Positions 28,084 through 42,496 are shown, counted from the stretch's first letter. The stretch is DNA of 64,000 nucleotides from Octopus vulgaris (GCA_951406725.2 OX597820.1:49352001-49416000); one strand, 5' to 3'. Notes: generated from the sequence alone by a model not told the origin. Translations and numbers: made by a program.

Positions 28084-28805
28084 ATATAACATGATGAAAT
28101 GATAGATTATTAAACGTCCATTCTGATTGAACTAGTAGATTCATGCATGAAACTGTGCAATCTTCTTGTTCATATAGTAATGGTGACAGTTATGTTTTAC
28201 AATTTACATATATATATCCTCCAGTTGTCCAGGTGGTTGTAGCAGCCCATGGGCCTCTAGACGCAAAGTCAGAAATATCTGAAATACTGCATCCTTATCC
28301 ATATTTGCTCATGCCTCTTACTAAAGAACTGTTGTCCTTGTGTAGAGAGTTATTTACTCATTTCACACAATCAGCATGAAAAAACCAAATCGTTAATGTA
28401 AGTGTTAACATATTAATTATAGGGGGAAAACAAAAAACAGAAAAAAAAAAGCCACGCTGTAATAACACATTTCTGTCTTTATACGACTTCATCAAGTAAT
28501 GGTAGATTTATTTTATATAACGCACTATTTTTGGTATAAAAAAAGATAAATCGAAATGATAATAATTAATAACTAATATTGTATTTTGCCTCACTGCAAA
28601 ATTATTCCCATTTCGTTCTACATTCCTGCTGCCAGCATCAAAATATATTAACACTAGCTTCATTTGTTGCACTTGGTTGTATATGATGATATTTACTTTT
28701 GAACATATTGCTGATTGCTATTGTTGTTCCGAATTTTGTAACACTTCATTATTGATTGTTGCTATTGTTCTTGCCGCCGTAATCATATTTTATCTTCGAT
28801 TTTTC

Positions 28806-28868
<63 letters not shown>

Positions 28869-29061
28869 CATTATTATTATTATTATTGTTGTTATTATTA
28901 TTATTGATATTGATATTAACTTCATCGTTATTCGAAATTCATTGATATCATTTCTATAGAAGTTTTTCTTGTTGTTGATTTGCGTTTGAAACGGCTAATT
29001 CGTTCATGTCCTATTTTTAACGAAAACCTGCAACAGCTATTGTTGTTGTTGTTGTTGTTGT

Positions 29062-29125
<64 letters not shown>

Positions 29126-29146
29126 GTCATAACCACCACCACCACC

Positions 29147-29202
<56 letters not shown>

Positions 29203-29661
29203 AGTTGTTGTTGTTAAGCAGCAAGACGCGTAAGGGTGGTTAGGTGATGGTCTAGGGTTTAGGGGCGGGAGACCACAGACCTTGGGGAAAAAAAAAACTT
29301 TGGTTGTCTTGTTGTAGTCGAGAGCTCTTCGTTGACGCGCGACACCACTAGGAAGTGGCCCTCGAAGTCGCTGGAAATGGAGATCTTCAGGTCCAAATTC
29401 TTGGACGGCTGCTGCTGCTGACACCGCTGCTGCTGATGAACATGGTGATAATAGCAGTGAGGTTATTCGGGATGGTGGTTTTGCTAATCGTGTAAATGAG
29501 TGTATCGTGACGGCTAAGAAAGTACTGGGGTAGGTGAGAACATCGTAATTAGTAAGGATAATTAGCCATATTGGTGATGATAAAAGCAATTGCGTCGTGA
29601 TAATGGTGTTGATGGTGGTGAGATGGCATCCATGGCTGAGCAGTTAACATGTTCGCTTCGT

Positions 29662-29958
29662 GGAGGCACATGGCCTAGTGGTTAGAGCAGCGGACTCGCG
29701 GTCGATGGATCGCGGGTTCGAATCTCAGAATGGACGACGCGTATGTTTATCAGCGAAACACCTAAGCTCCACGCGGCTCCGGCAGAAGCTAATGGCGAAA
29801 CTTCTGCTGACTCTTTCGCCACAAATTTCTCTCACTCTTTCCTCCTGCATCTTGCAGCTCACCTGCAATGGACCGGCGTCCCGTCCAGGTGGGGAACCTA
29901 TACTCCAAGAAACCGGGAAACCGGCCCTTATGAGCCAGGCATGGCTCGAGAAGGAACA
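29662..29958 (+). mobile_element. Full-length tRNA-derived SINE, family C, with a 16-bp target-site duplication
   Basis: A box 'tggcctagtgg', B box 'ggttcgaatc'; TSD 'aacatgttcgcttcgt' at 29646-29661 and 29959-29974; 3' 'cctgcaatggaccggcgtcccgtccagg' resembles the V-SINE-type domain. Confidence 0.9.
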
Positions 29959-30732
29959 AACATGTTCGCTTCGTTAACAAGAAGCACCCGTGTTCGTTTC
30001 TGTTGCTTGATATTTTGAGCAAATATATTTATCGTAACCAAGGGTTTGATCCTAGTCATGCCAGTAGACTTTATTAGACGGAAACTATATATATAAGGCG
30101 GCCAGATTGACTATACATGTCTATCATACGAGTAACACTGTCTCGGCGCTGATGCTGATTCTATCAGAGAGATGTGAAAAGGATACATGAAAATTTTGAA
30201 GTCTCAGCTACTTCGCACGATAATTGGAGTATGTTTTCCAGTTCACCGAAGAACTGGAAGCGCAAGCGTTGAAATTGACGTGATTGTCACTCATTTATTG
30301 TTGTAGTAGTAGTAGGAGTAGTAGTTGTGGTGATGGTGGTGGTGGTGGTGGTGGTGATCGTCGTCGTGGTTGTGTTATATATTTGTAAAATTGATGATAA
30401 TGGTACAGTTGATGGAAGTGTTGGTAGGAGTGGGGTTGTGGTGAAGGTGGTTACGGCACTTGTGTTCGTCTTGTTGTTGGCGATGATAGTGGTGGTGGTT
30501 GTGTTATTCTTGATGCTGATGATGGTAGTGGTGGAGATGGTTGTGGATTTTGTGATTATCATGTTGTTGTTGCTGCTGGTAGTTTGTGCCGGTGGTTTGT
30601 GCTGGTGTTCGAGAAGAAAGAATGGTATCGGTGAAAATTATGATAAGGCAGCCCTGGTTGTTGTTTAATCATAGGACACCTCAGACATAGCAAACCTGGA
30701 TTCTGAGTCACACAGGTACAAAATTATGCATT

Positions 30733-30871
30733 CTCTTTTACTCTTTGACTTGTTTCAGTCATTTGACTGCTGCCAAGCTGGAGCACCGCTTTTAGTCGAG
30801 CAAATCGACCCCAGGACTTATTCTTTGGAAGCGTAGTACTTATTCTGTTGGCCGCTTTTGCCGAACCGCAA
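30733..30871 (-). mobile_element. SINE family B, 3' part
   Basis: Reverse complement of about 61050-61186 ('cttgtttcagtcatttg...ggagcaccgc...ggacttattcttt'). Confidence 0.8.
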
Positions 30872-30899
30872 AGAATTTAGTGCAAATGTGACTACTCTA

Positions 30900-31055
30900 G
30901 GCACGGTTCTGTGGTAGGAAGTTTTCTTTACCAGCACATGGTTTCGGGTTCAATTCAACTACATAACATCTTGGGACAAATATCTTCTATCATAGTCCAA
31001 GAACGACCGAGCACTTGTGAATGAATTTAATAGACAAAAACAGAAAGACGATGAT

Positions 31056-31094
<39 letters not shown>

Positions 31095-31205
31095 ATGCAT
31101 TTGAGTTTGTGTCTCATCCCTACTTGACAACCAATGATATTTGTTTCAATCTCCATAACTTAACGATTCGACACGAGACATTGTTACGATAAGTATCAGA
31201 CTTAA
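30900..31205 (+). mobile_element. Decayed SINE family B with internal (TG)n
   Basis: 'tgtggtaggaag...cacatggtttcgggttca...cttctatcatag...(tg)n...cttgacaacc...ataagtatcagactta' is collinear with 60776-61186. Confidence 0.6.
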
Positions 31206-31385
31206 ATAAATACATAAATAAATAACAAACAAACAATATCGGTGTCAATTTATTTAACTAAAACCCTTCAAGATGGTGTCCAAGTAAGGCCACATTCCAC
31301 AGACCAGAGGGAAAAAAATAAAAGCTACTATTTTATTTCCACTGAATATAAAAAAGATTCGCACGTTGACACCCTGATGACAATA

Positions 31386-31446
<61 letters not shown>

Positions 31447-32329
31447 CGACGACGACGACGACGACGATAGAGGTGAGGAGAAGGAGGAAAGGCAAACACC
31501 GATGTTATTACCCACACGTACACATACACACATATGTTCATACTAGATAATGCCATTGGCTAAAACGTCGCACTCTGAATCCCTTTGTGACCACTGAGGA
31601 TTTTTCAAGTGTATGTACATACAGACCATGTGTGTTTTATTTATTCTGCTTGTGATACCAAACCTATATGTACATATGAATCACATACGAACTCACAGCA
31701 CTCTCATCGATATATTACTATAATTATTATTTTACCTCATCTTCCATGTCCAGAGCTACTAGATGGAAGAGGTATATAGTTAAATAAGGCTACGTAACGG
31801 CACGTTCATTTCGCCTGCAACGACGGCAGGTACCATCGATTTCGATATAAACACATAAGCATACATACACACGCACACCGCGTGCACACTGATGTATATG
31901 TGTGTATGTGTGTGTGTGCGTGTGTGTGTGTGTGTCTGTGTGTGTGTGTGTGTCTGTGTGTGTGTGTGTGCGTATATATGTGTATGTATGTATATATATA
32001 GGAGATTTCTGATTAGAAAATGATTTCTGATTAGCTCTAGAACCGTCTGAGCGTATAAATGCCCCCATTAGACGAATTAAATTTTGCTTTGTGAAGTTAA
32101 TATGCTTCCTCTTACTGCGTGTATATTTTGTTATTTTTGTGCCTATATGTATATATACATGCATCTACATATGTATGTTTGTATATATGTAGGTATGTAC
32201 GTATGTATATGTCTATCCATACACACACACACATTATATATATAGCTCATGTGCGTCTACATATATATGTGTGTGTATCTATCTAGACATATGTAGACAT
32301 CTCTCACTCTCTCTCTCTCTCTCTCTCTC

Positions 32330-32392
<63 letters not shown>

Positions 32393-32785
32393 TTGTGTCT
32401 GTGTGTGTGTGGGAACACATTCCAAAGTGTGTATGCATTATACATATGTAGACACTCAGAGGAACACGAACACACGCAAACACACGTCCATATAACATAA
32501 AACTATGTACGCGTGTGCACATGGGAGTTGTTGGTCTATTATTATCTTGATATATATATATATATATATATCCCCATCAACCCTCTCTTCATTGAAACCA
32601 TTCAGTCGGAGAGAAATATGATGATATTAAATTCGAATTAACATCAAAAGGGAAAAAATACACTCTAAAATCTAAAAAAACAAAATGACCACAGACGACA
32701 ACAGTAACACATAAACAGTTAAAGACGAATATGTTATATTTTCATATCATCAAAAACATTCGTTAAATAAGTGTGTGTGCATGTC

Positions 32786-32821
<36 letters not shown>

Positions 32822-32953
32822 TGCACGTGCGTGTGTATGTGTGTAAATCATTTTTTTGTTTTGTTTTTGCTGTCTTAATTGCTTCGGTATTTTTTTTAAT
32901 TAACGAAATGAAACGCTTTTGAAAGATAAACAAATATTCCCTCCCTCTGGCCG

Positions 32954-32985
<32 letters not shown>

Positions 32986-33132
32986 TTATATATATACCCA
33001 CATACACTCACACACGCACATATACATATCTATATATATAATATAAATATATTTATATACATACATATATATATACATATATATACATATGTACATATAT
33101 ATACATATAAATATATACATATATATGAATAT

Positions 33133-33190
<58 letters not shown>

Positions 33191-34083
33191 GATTAACATT
33201 AGCAACGTGTCACCGTCACACACTGCACTAGTTTATACAGTGAGTAAAGTGCACTCTTTTTAGACACCCTACTATAAATGCAAGCACTGGAAAAGAGCTA
33301 ACTATCTAGATATACAAGAAAATAACTTGGCTTAGTTGATGGTTACTTTTAAAACTGCAATGGACGCGTTGAGGAATATTCAGTTTGTATATATAAGGAG
33401 AACAAAAGTTAGCATCTGTTAAATTCCTTCGAACGACGGATAGTTTCCTTTGTGATAAATGATCTGGCTCTCGTTACTCTGGGTTCAAATTCTCTTCCAG
33501 TCATATTTTCTTCATTTAGGTTAAATAAATGTGTAGTCTTGTCTAGTAATAAATATCTCTCTCTCCCCACCTCTCTCTCTCTCACTCTCGACTCTCCCCC
33601 TCTGTCACACCTGATGAACAATGATATTTGCTTCGTCTAAAGAGTCATACCCATGTCACGTGTCTACCGAAGCCGAGGCCATGCGTTTCCGTCAGAGTTA
33701 AAGAGCCCAAAGCAAAGTGCAACCAATGGGACACATGCAAGCTTGTATACTTGTTGCTTGCCCCATTTCCTCCACCCACCCTCTCTCTCTCCTCCTCTCT
33801 CCACACACACTCATAGACATGCACATACACACACATCCACAAACACACATGTATAAGATCCTATATTTTTTGCGTGGATAGAAAGAAGTAACCGATCTCT
33901 GATGAAGCATTAATAAATATTATGGCGAATATGAGTGTTGGAGCTATGGTAGATGCTAACACTAAAACTCCGTACAATTGTGTTTACTACAAACACAGGG
34001 TCGCATGCATGCACATAACTCATTTCGACTTATTGTACTGCAGCGTATATATATATATATATATATACATATATACATATATA

Positions 34084-34146
34084 CTAGCAGCTAAGTCCGG
34101 TTTCACCCGCGGTTTGGATGATGTAGCTGTAAAACCTGCTCTATGT
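34084..34146 (-). mobile_element. Helitron-like 3' terminus, copy 1
   Basis: The minus strand ends in a GC-rich segment followed about 10 nt later by CTAG and then T; near-identical to copy 2. Confidence 0.55.
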
Positions 34147-34276
34147 TTCACCCAGCTGGGGTGGCGTCATTCGAAGGCTAAAACAATGCGAACGCATTGT
34201 GACCAGCGATGTGTAACAACATCTGATGGTCTGGTCGGTCACGTCATCACGTGATATATATATATATACATATATA

Positions 34277-34440
34277 CTAGCAGCTAAGTCCGGTTTCACC
34301 CGGTCGATTTGGATAATGTAGCTGTAAAACCTGCTCTGTGTAAGCGTTCGACTCCTTTGGGCAAGCTTATGTTAAAAAACAATTTTAGAATGACTTTTTT
34401 CTGTCAAAACGCAAAAAATAACTGACCAACAAAGAAAAAA
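34277..34440 (-). mobile_element. Helitron-like 3' terminus, copy 2
   Basis: Minus strand 'ccgggtgaaaccgg acttagctg CTAG t': a short subterminal hairpin plus a CTRR end inside a TA array, the established Helitron signature. Confidence 0.6.
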
Positions 34441-34889
34441 ACAACCAAGATTCAACCAAATCAAAAAATAAACCCAAATAGTAACCGAACAAAGATGAAC
34501 CATCCCATTTCCAATGCACACACACACACAGACACATACACGCACACACACATTCATACCCCCTCCTTTTACATACACACACATATATTCACACAGAGTT
34601 TAAACGCTGCTTGATTTATCTTTTTCAGAGTACAATTTTCATCATCCCACTGCCAAGAATGACTTCACCATTTCATTCCTTATTCCTCTATCACCCCTTT
34701 CTTTCTCGTTCATAAACAAGTGTATTATTATAGTAGACTATCTCGGTAACCATGGGAACTATGAAAAAAACAAAGCCCAGCATCACCATTGGAACATTCT
34801 ACACATCTGTGTAATTTTTCGCGCAATTCCACCCAGTCATTTGACTGTGGATCCCAAGACAAGAAAGAATCGCCCATGTCAAATTTATA

Positions 34890-35003
<114 letters not shown>

Positions 35004-35014
35004 CGTGTGTGTGT

Positions 35015-35460
35015 ATTCTTTTATTTTTTTATTCTTCAATTTGTTTCAGTCATTTCACTATGGCCATACATGAGCACTGCATTTAGTCGAACAAATCGAC
35101 CTTCAGGACTTATTCTTTGTAAGCATTGCACTTATTCTATTGTATTCTTTGGCCGAACCGCTAAGGTGCGGGGGCGTAAACACACCAACATTGGTTCTGA
35201 GGTGAATGTGGGGAGGACAAATACAGACACACCAACACACAAACGCACACACAAACTCACACACAGTCACGCAGTCATGCACGCCTGTATACACACACAC
35301 ACATATACTTATATACACAACTTCTTTCAGTTTCCGTCTACCAAATCCACTCGCAAGTTTTCGTCGATCCGAGGATATAGTAGAAGACATTTTCCCAAGG
35401 TGCCACACAGTGGAACTGAACCTAGATACATGTGGTTGGGAAGCAAGTTTCTTATCACAT
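35015..35460 (-). mobile_element. Near full-length SINE family B
   Basis: Collinear reverse complement of 60776-61186, including the internal (CA)n. Confidence 0.8.
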
Positions 35461-35464
35461 ATGT

Positions 35465-35650
35465 ATGATACGAAATTACAAGATAAGTGAACTACGATTT
35501 TATTCAACGTATTCCCCTCTGAGATTCATCCACTTATTGCAACACTTCTTGAATTATTCTAAATCCAGTTAAAGAGCTTGCAAGATTAGGCATCCAACCA
35601 GGCTTTCACGATACCCTTAAAATCAGGAACTTTCCAGCACCTCCTCCTAT
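35465..35650. mobile_element. Truncated mariner-type MITE (one TIR)
   Basis: 'ttttattcaacgtattcccctctgagattcatccacttattgca...caggaactttccagcacc' aligns with 49070-49277. Confidence 0.7.
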
Positions 35651-35656
35651 AATATG

Positions 35657-35688
<32 letters not shown>

Positions 35689-35915
35689 GCAATAGAGACG
35701 GTGTGCTTATTCTTATCTCCATGACATGCATCTTTCCTCCCTGCGCAATTGTAACGGTGTGCTTTGTTTGGTGCAGATAATGCGTGGCACAAAGAGATTG
35801 ATGTTAAAGTATTTTTCATAAAGATAAAATTTTCAACACACCTAGAGACAAAACTTTGAAATAATGTTGCATGAAATTGAAATTGCATTATACATTTTCT
35901 GTATATGTATCTACG

Positions 35916-36053
<138 letters not shown>

Positions 36054-36110
36054 AGTGGAATAGGACACACATAAATATATATATATATGCATATATATAT
36101 AACGTATATA

Positions 36111-36158
<48 letters not shown>

Positions 36159-36225
36159 AGTGGAATAGGACAATACATACAAAACCTATGCTCAAAAATA
36201 CACTCACACACTCACATATGCACAT

Positions 36226-36259
<34 letters not shown>

Positions 36260-36817
36260 GTATATATAATGTATATATGCACATACACATATATATATAT
36301 ATGTATATCTATATTGGGATATATATGCACATACATATATACACATATATACATATTCATACATACATATATACATATATATATGCATATATATATATAT
36401 GCATATATATATACACACATATATATATACATATATATACATACATATATATGTGTGTGTGTGTGTGTGTGTGTTGTGTGTGGAAAGTAGGTTTGAAAGT
36501 TAAGTATCTACATATACTCTATCTTTGCGAATGATAACAAATAGGATCTCTGCGTCACAGTTGAATGACAAAGTTTCCATTCTTGTGAACATCTGCAGTA
36601 TTATAAGACTCTCGTATATCAAGCGGTATACTCGTAGACACGCCCTATACTCATCCGTATAAGACCCCCATGGCTAAAGAATATATCGCAGCAGGCAAAG
36701 ATTTAATCGGCTGATAAATTTTCAGAAGTAATACTCTATTATATAGATATATATATAGAGAGAGAGAGAGAAAAAAAGGGAAAGAGACTGACACATTTAT
36801 ATATACATATATACGTG

Positions 36818-36917
36818 CATACATACATACATACATACATACATACATACATACATACATACATACATACATACATACATACATACATACATACATACAT
36901 GCATGCATACATACATA
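36818..36917 (+). repeat. (CATA)n microsatellite
   Basis: Direct reading. Confidence 0.95.
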
Positions 36918-37205
36918 CACTCATACATACATATATACGTATAGGTACGAACACAGAATGATGGAAGTGCATTAACAAAAAAGGGTAGGTTACATTTTAG
37001 AAATTGGTGAATAAATCTTGATGTCACCCACAACATGTACCGACAATGAACCAAAGACTAACTTTGACTAACTTTATTCTTCGACAACCAGAGGCAATAC
37101 CAGACGATTTCCAAAGGCTTTAAAAGATTTCCAAACTTCCTGAGTATGCCAATAATGAAACTCTTTCGCCGTTCCCAAGAGCACACACACATACATACAT
37201 ACACA

Positions 37206-37242
<37 letters not shown>

Positions 37243-37659
37243 ACACACACACAAACACACACATACATATTTATAACTGATAACTTTGATAGGTTTCGGC
37301 CAGTATAGGTCAAGGCCATGTGTATCTTTATATTCATATATATATATATATGTATGTATATATACATCTACATATACGTATACATATACATATACATATA
37401 TGGCAAATGAAAGACAGAAGAGGCAATTGCTTCGACACATCTAGCATCAACAATTGTCTCATCAAAGTTTGAACCTTGAGTTACTCTGGAACTTCTGCTG
37501 ATCATTAATCATACCCCGTCACAAACACACACACATACTCCTGTATGTATATATTCACACACACTCATACATATGTATATATATAATCGTATCAAGAGAG
37601 CAAGGGCTTGACAAAAATCATTAACGTGATTTTTATCCTTATATTCTATTATGAATTAA

Positions 37660-38055
37660 TATATAGAGAGTAAGAACTAAAAATTAAAAAGTGAAAGAGT
37701 CAAAAGGAAGAGCAAGTACGGTTAGGAAGCTTTTTAATCGCTACAAATGTTTCGATACATACAGATCCTCCTATATACAGGATTTAAAGTTTAAATTAAA
37801 TTATTTAATGATTTACCTGTATAAGAAGATCTATATGTATCTCCTCAGGCGATACTCGGTTGCTTTCTCCGTAAGCAAATTTAGATTTCCATGCTACAAC
37901 ATTCATGGCTTCTTTTTACTTTTTATTTTCACACTCGAGGAATACCTATGACTAGAATTGGTAGCATACCATAGGAATACTACCGGCTATTTGGTAATTC
38001 TAAGGGTAAACGAGCGCTATTTGTACTCTTATACGTTCTTAACGGAACACGCCTA
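37660..38055 (-). mobile_element. Penelope-like terminal segment carrying the hammerhead ribozyme
   Basis: ~400-bp unique segment ending in a TA array and containing the hammerhead below. The PLE assignment is inferred from the known association of minimal type I hammerheads with Penelope pLTRs. Confidence 0.5.
37737..37853 (-). ncRNA. Type I hammerhead ribozyme with intact catalytic core, long stem II and minimal stem III
   Basis: Minus strand: AUCGC (stem I) - CUGAGGA - GAUACAUAUAGAUCUUCUUAUACAGG...CCUGUAUAUAGGAGGAUCUGUAUGUAUC (stem II) - GAAA - CA uu UG - UA - GCGAU (stem I'). All core positions, the G10.1-C11.1 pair and a GUA cleavage triplet are present. Confidence 0.85.
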
Positions 38056-38368
38056 TATACATATATATATATATATATACCTCTGGATATCCTTGTTGCT
38101 TATTTTGATTTTAATCACCTTAATTTGAGATTGTATGGATAATACCGTACTAAATTATGGTGCATCAACTTAAGTATTATATTCATCTGAATCTATCTAT
38201 CTATCTAAGTATGCAATTAAATTTTGGAAAAATTAAAAGAAAAGTCTTTTTACATAGTATTCAAATAGAAGGGGCATTTTCCTTGTTTCTGCCTGTCTCT
38301 TTCTCTCTTGTTTACTCTTGTGGGACCGGCTTCTGGGCATTGTATAACCAATGTATATATATATATAC

Positions 38369-38402
<34 letters not shown>

Positions 38403-38949
38403 ATACACATACACACTTTTATACATGTGCATAAATGTTTGTGTGTGTACAAGTGTATCTGTATGTAAGAATTGAAAATACGTGGAATTTATTGTCAGAA
38501 ATCTTAATTTGTAAGAATGTTCAAATTTCCAAATAAAATTTAACGTGTAAGGAATATAAAAAATATTTAAGCGTATTCAATATTATAGCTCGCAAGAAAT
38601 GAAACCGAGACTCTACGTTAAAACAGTTGCTTATTTACACAAAAGAGGAGCAGGCAATGTTTTCGAAGTTAGATATATCTGCACCTGTATCTTAATACAG
38701 TACTAAACGTTTTAAATCGTCTAAATTTCAGAGGAAACATAAAATTACCGAAATCTCGTTAAAAGATATGACAGAGCCAACGTGTCAAAGTTATGGGTCT
38801 TTGACGAATTTTAGGGTTGGTTGGTTACAGGGTATCACTAGGGTATAGTTATATGTTTGACAGGGTAGAGTAGAAGAAGATTAGATAAGACATAAAAATT
38901 ATAATGTGGTCCCAGGTGAATAAATTTCTCTCTCGGATAATCTCAAAAT

Positions 38950-39355
38950 ACTTTACTTTTATCTTTCACTTGTTTCAGTCAGTGGACAGCGGCAATGCTG
39001 GGGCGTCACATTATAGGGCTTAATGGAACGGTATCGACCCCATTACTTTTTTTTCTCTATCTGCTACTTCTGCTAACTGTCTCTTATTCCGTAAAACCAT
39101 GTTACAAAGACGTAAGCAAACTAATACTAGATGTCAAGCGTTATTGGGGGAGAAACGCAAACACATAGACGCACACACTTACATATAACACCTATACAAC
39201 AGGTCTTTCTCAATTTCTGACTACCAAAACCACACAGAAGGCTTTGCGCTGTCAGGAATTTAGTAGAAGACACTTGTCCAACGTAACACGTAGTCGGACT
39301 GAAGACGGAACTTTAGATTTGGGAAGCAAACTTCTTACCACAAGGCAACGCCTAT
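38950..39355 (-). mobile_element. Decayed SINE family B
   Basis: 'cttgtttcagtc...tcgaccccatt...gtcaagcg...tagtagaagacacttgtcca...gggaagcaaacttcttaccac' is collinear with family B. Confidence 0.65.
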
Positions 39356-39938
39356 ACATAACATCCATATATTTCTCGTTTATTTCATATCGTTATATAA
39401 GACGTGCGTTATGTGAAGTAACCCCAGCGTTTCGTGAAGGACAAATGAGATATAAACCGCTGTGGTTATTCAGCTAGATAGAAATACCAACATATTCTCC
39501 TGTAAATTACATCTTCATGGCGTATTATTCAAATAAATGATTGTAAATATTTGATAATGTAGCACTAGATACATTATGCATGAATAAATGTCAGGGCGGC
39601 CTCGTGTCTGGATACTATAGGTCACGGGTCGGTATAACCTCACCTGACCTAGAGCTTAACAAATGCAGCAACAATAGAAATGCATATGGATGATTCTCCC
39701 TTGGTTTTGACAATCGAGAGACAGATGTTCGATCAACTGATTTACCTCCTCATCGGATAGGCGTGTAAACTGATGAGCATTTCACGTACTGTTATATGCA
39801 TACATAGATGGATGAATACATAGATACATAGATACATACATACATACATACATACATACATACATACATACGTACGTACATATATATATGTTTTATGCAC
39901 ACTTACATATGTGTACCCTATGTATTTGTGCGAATGCT

Positions 39939-40008
<70 letters not shown>

Positions 40009-40016
40009 AGAGAGAG

Positions 40017-40079
<63 letters not shown>

Positions 40080-40198
40080 CAGATATAGATATACTGGCAT
40101 TATAAATGTAATATATATACACACATATATATAATTACATACATATGCATATATACATACATATATATATATATGTGTATATATATATATATGTTGTA

Positions 40199-40245
<47 letters not shown>

Positions 40246-40888
40246 TCACACTCACACCCATACATGTGTATAGACACTACGATAATACCCATCTGCTTGT
40301 GAGTATGTGTGTGCCCGCGCGTGCGCGTGTGTGCGTGTGTGTGTTGACCAATTCAGCATTCCCTCTATTGTTCAAAGCCTGAGACTATATAATATATCTC
40401 TCTTTAACTACAATTGCATTGGGTACGATGTCAAAAAACTAACAGGTCATATTTCAGATTTGTTCACTGCTGGTCCAGCCATTATATTGGTGAATGTTTT
40501 GTAATTCATGAATGGGTTATAGAACCAAAGTTTTCAATAACGTATTGTCACGATGTACATGCTTACCCGCAGGCAATGTATAATTGTACCTGATTTTAAC
40601 ATGCGTTGTCTCTATACGTCTCTGTATCTTTGTACTTACATTAACGCAAAAATTTCTATAATTTCGTCAACAGACACACACATACACTGGGCTTCTGAGT
40701 CACTGCGTGTGTGCGTGTGTCTGTGTCTGGGCGTGAGTGTATTTGAGTGTGTGTGTGTGAGTATATATATATATATATATATATGTATGCATGTATGTAT
40801 ATATATATACACACACATACGCACGCACACACGCACGCGCACACACCCATGCACACACACATACAAACATTTGCATACATACATACAA

Positions 40889-40920
<32 letters not shown>

Positions 40921-40921
40921 G

Positions 40922-40962
<41 letters not shown>

Positions 40963-40968
40963 TTATCA

Positions 40969-41068
<100 letters not shown>

Positions 41069-41604
41069 AGATAGAAATATAGCTTTTTCACATGCATATG
41101 TGTGTTTGTGTGCGTGCGCATGTTTGTCTACACAAAGTTACACATGCATATACACAGAGATACGTATATGCACACACTCACACACATACACATAAGCGTG
41201 CACACTCACACTTATGCATGGTTGCAAGTTTAAGTGGTTTACTTTTCAACCGCATTTGATTTCAGACTCACGGTGCATTTACTTAGAGCAAGTGATTTAT
41301 CCTATAGCCTTGACCGACCAATGCCTTGTGAAAGAAATTGGTGATACAATGTCCGGATACAATGTCCGTCATGTGTGTGCTTGTGTGTTCGTTAGTGTAT
41401 TTGTGCGCGCACGTGCGTGTATTTCTCTCTCACCATTTGTAAAGCGATTTACGTTCGTTGACAAAATAATTCGTCAAAAGCGGCAGATGGAATAGGTATC
41501 AGGAAAATAATTGCTGGAGTCGATTAAAGAAAAAAAAAGACTATTCGAATAGAGATAGCTAGGATTTCGAGATTGGTGCGTCGGTGTTGAGAGTATTACA
41601 CGAT

Positions 41605-41738
41605 ATTTTAACATGCAAGTACCAATGCTTATAATTTGCGGGAAGTGATCCTGTGAGACCTCTGACAACACAGGTTGCTGTCGGCTCTCACAGAACCAAC
41701 CAGATTAAATAAGTCCGAGAGTTCTGAGGAGTAAAATC

Positions 41739-41740
<2 letters not shown>
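41605..41740 (+). mobile_element. Possible R4/Dong 3' end (last codons plus structured 3'UTR) followed by (AAT)n
   Basis: TNAYNLREVIL* resembles the Dong C-terminal pattern (GTA.ILR.VL*); hairpin ctgtgaga/tctcacag; directly followed by an AAT array. Confidence 0.4.
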
Positions 41741-41790
<50 letters not shown>

Positions 41791-41795
41791 GTAAT

Positions 41796-42012
41796 AATCC
41801 CTACTACTAAAGGCACGAGGACAGAAAATTCGTTAGAGAAGTCAAGTCGATTACATTGGTTTCAGTGTTTCACTGGTACTTAATTTATCGACCTCGAAAG
41901 GATGAAAGGCAAAGTCGACCTCGGCGGAATTTGAACTCAGAACGTAGCGACGGGCTAAATACCACTATGCACTTCGTCCAGCATGCTAACAATTGTGCCA
42001 GCTCATCGCCTT
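41796..42012 (-). mobile_element. SINE family A (Meta-domain-like body), well preserved
   Basis: Minus strand has the head 'ggcgatgagctggcacaattgttagc', B box 'gagttcaaattcc' and 'ggtcgactttgcctttcatcctttcgaggtcgataaattaagtacc', resembling the MetaSINE central domain; embedded in (AAT)n. Confidence 0.8.
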
Positions 42013-42025
42013 AATAATAATAATG

Positions 42026-42488
<463 letters not shown>

Positions 42489-42496
42489 GTAATTAA

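Noticed and set aside
29662-29735. tRNA gene
   Set aside because: A and B boxes are present but there is no acceptor stem; it is the head of a SINE bounded by a TSD.
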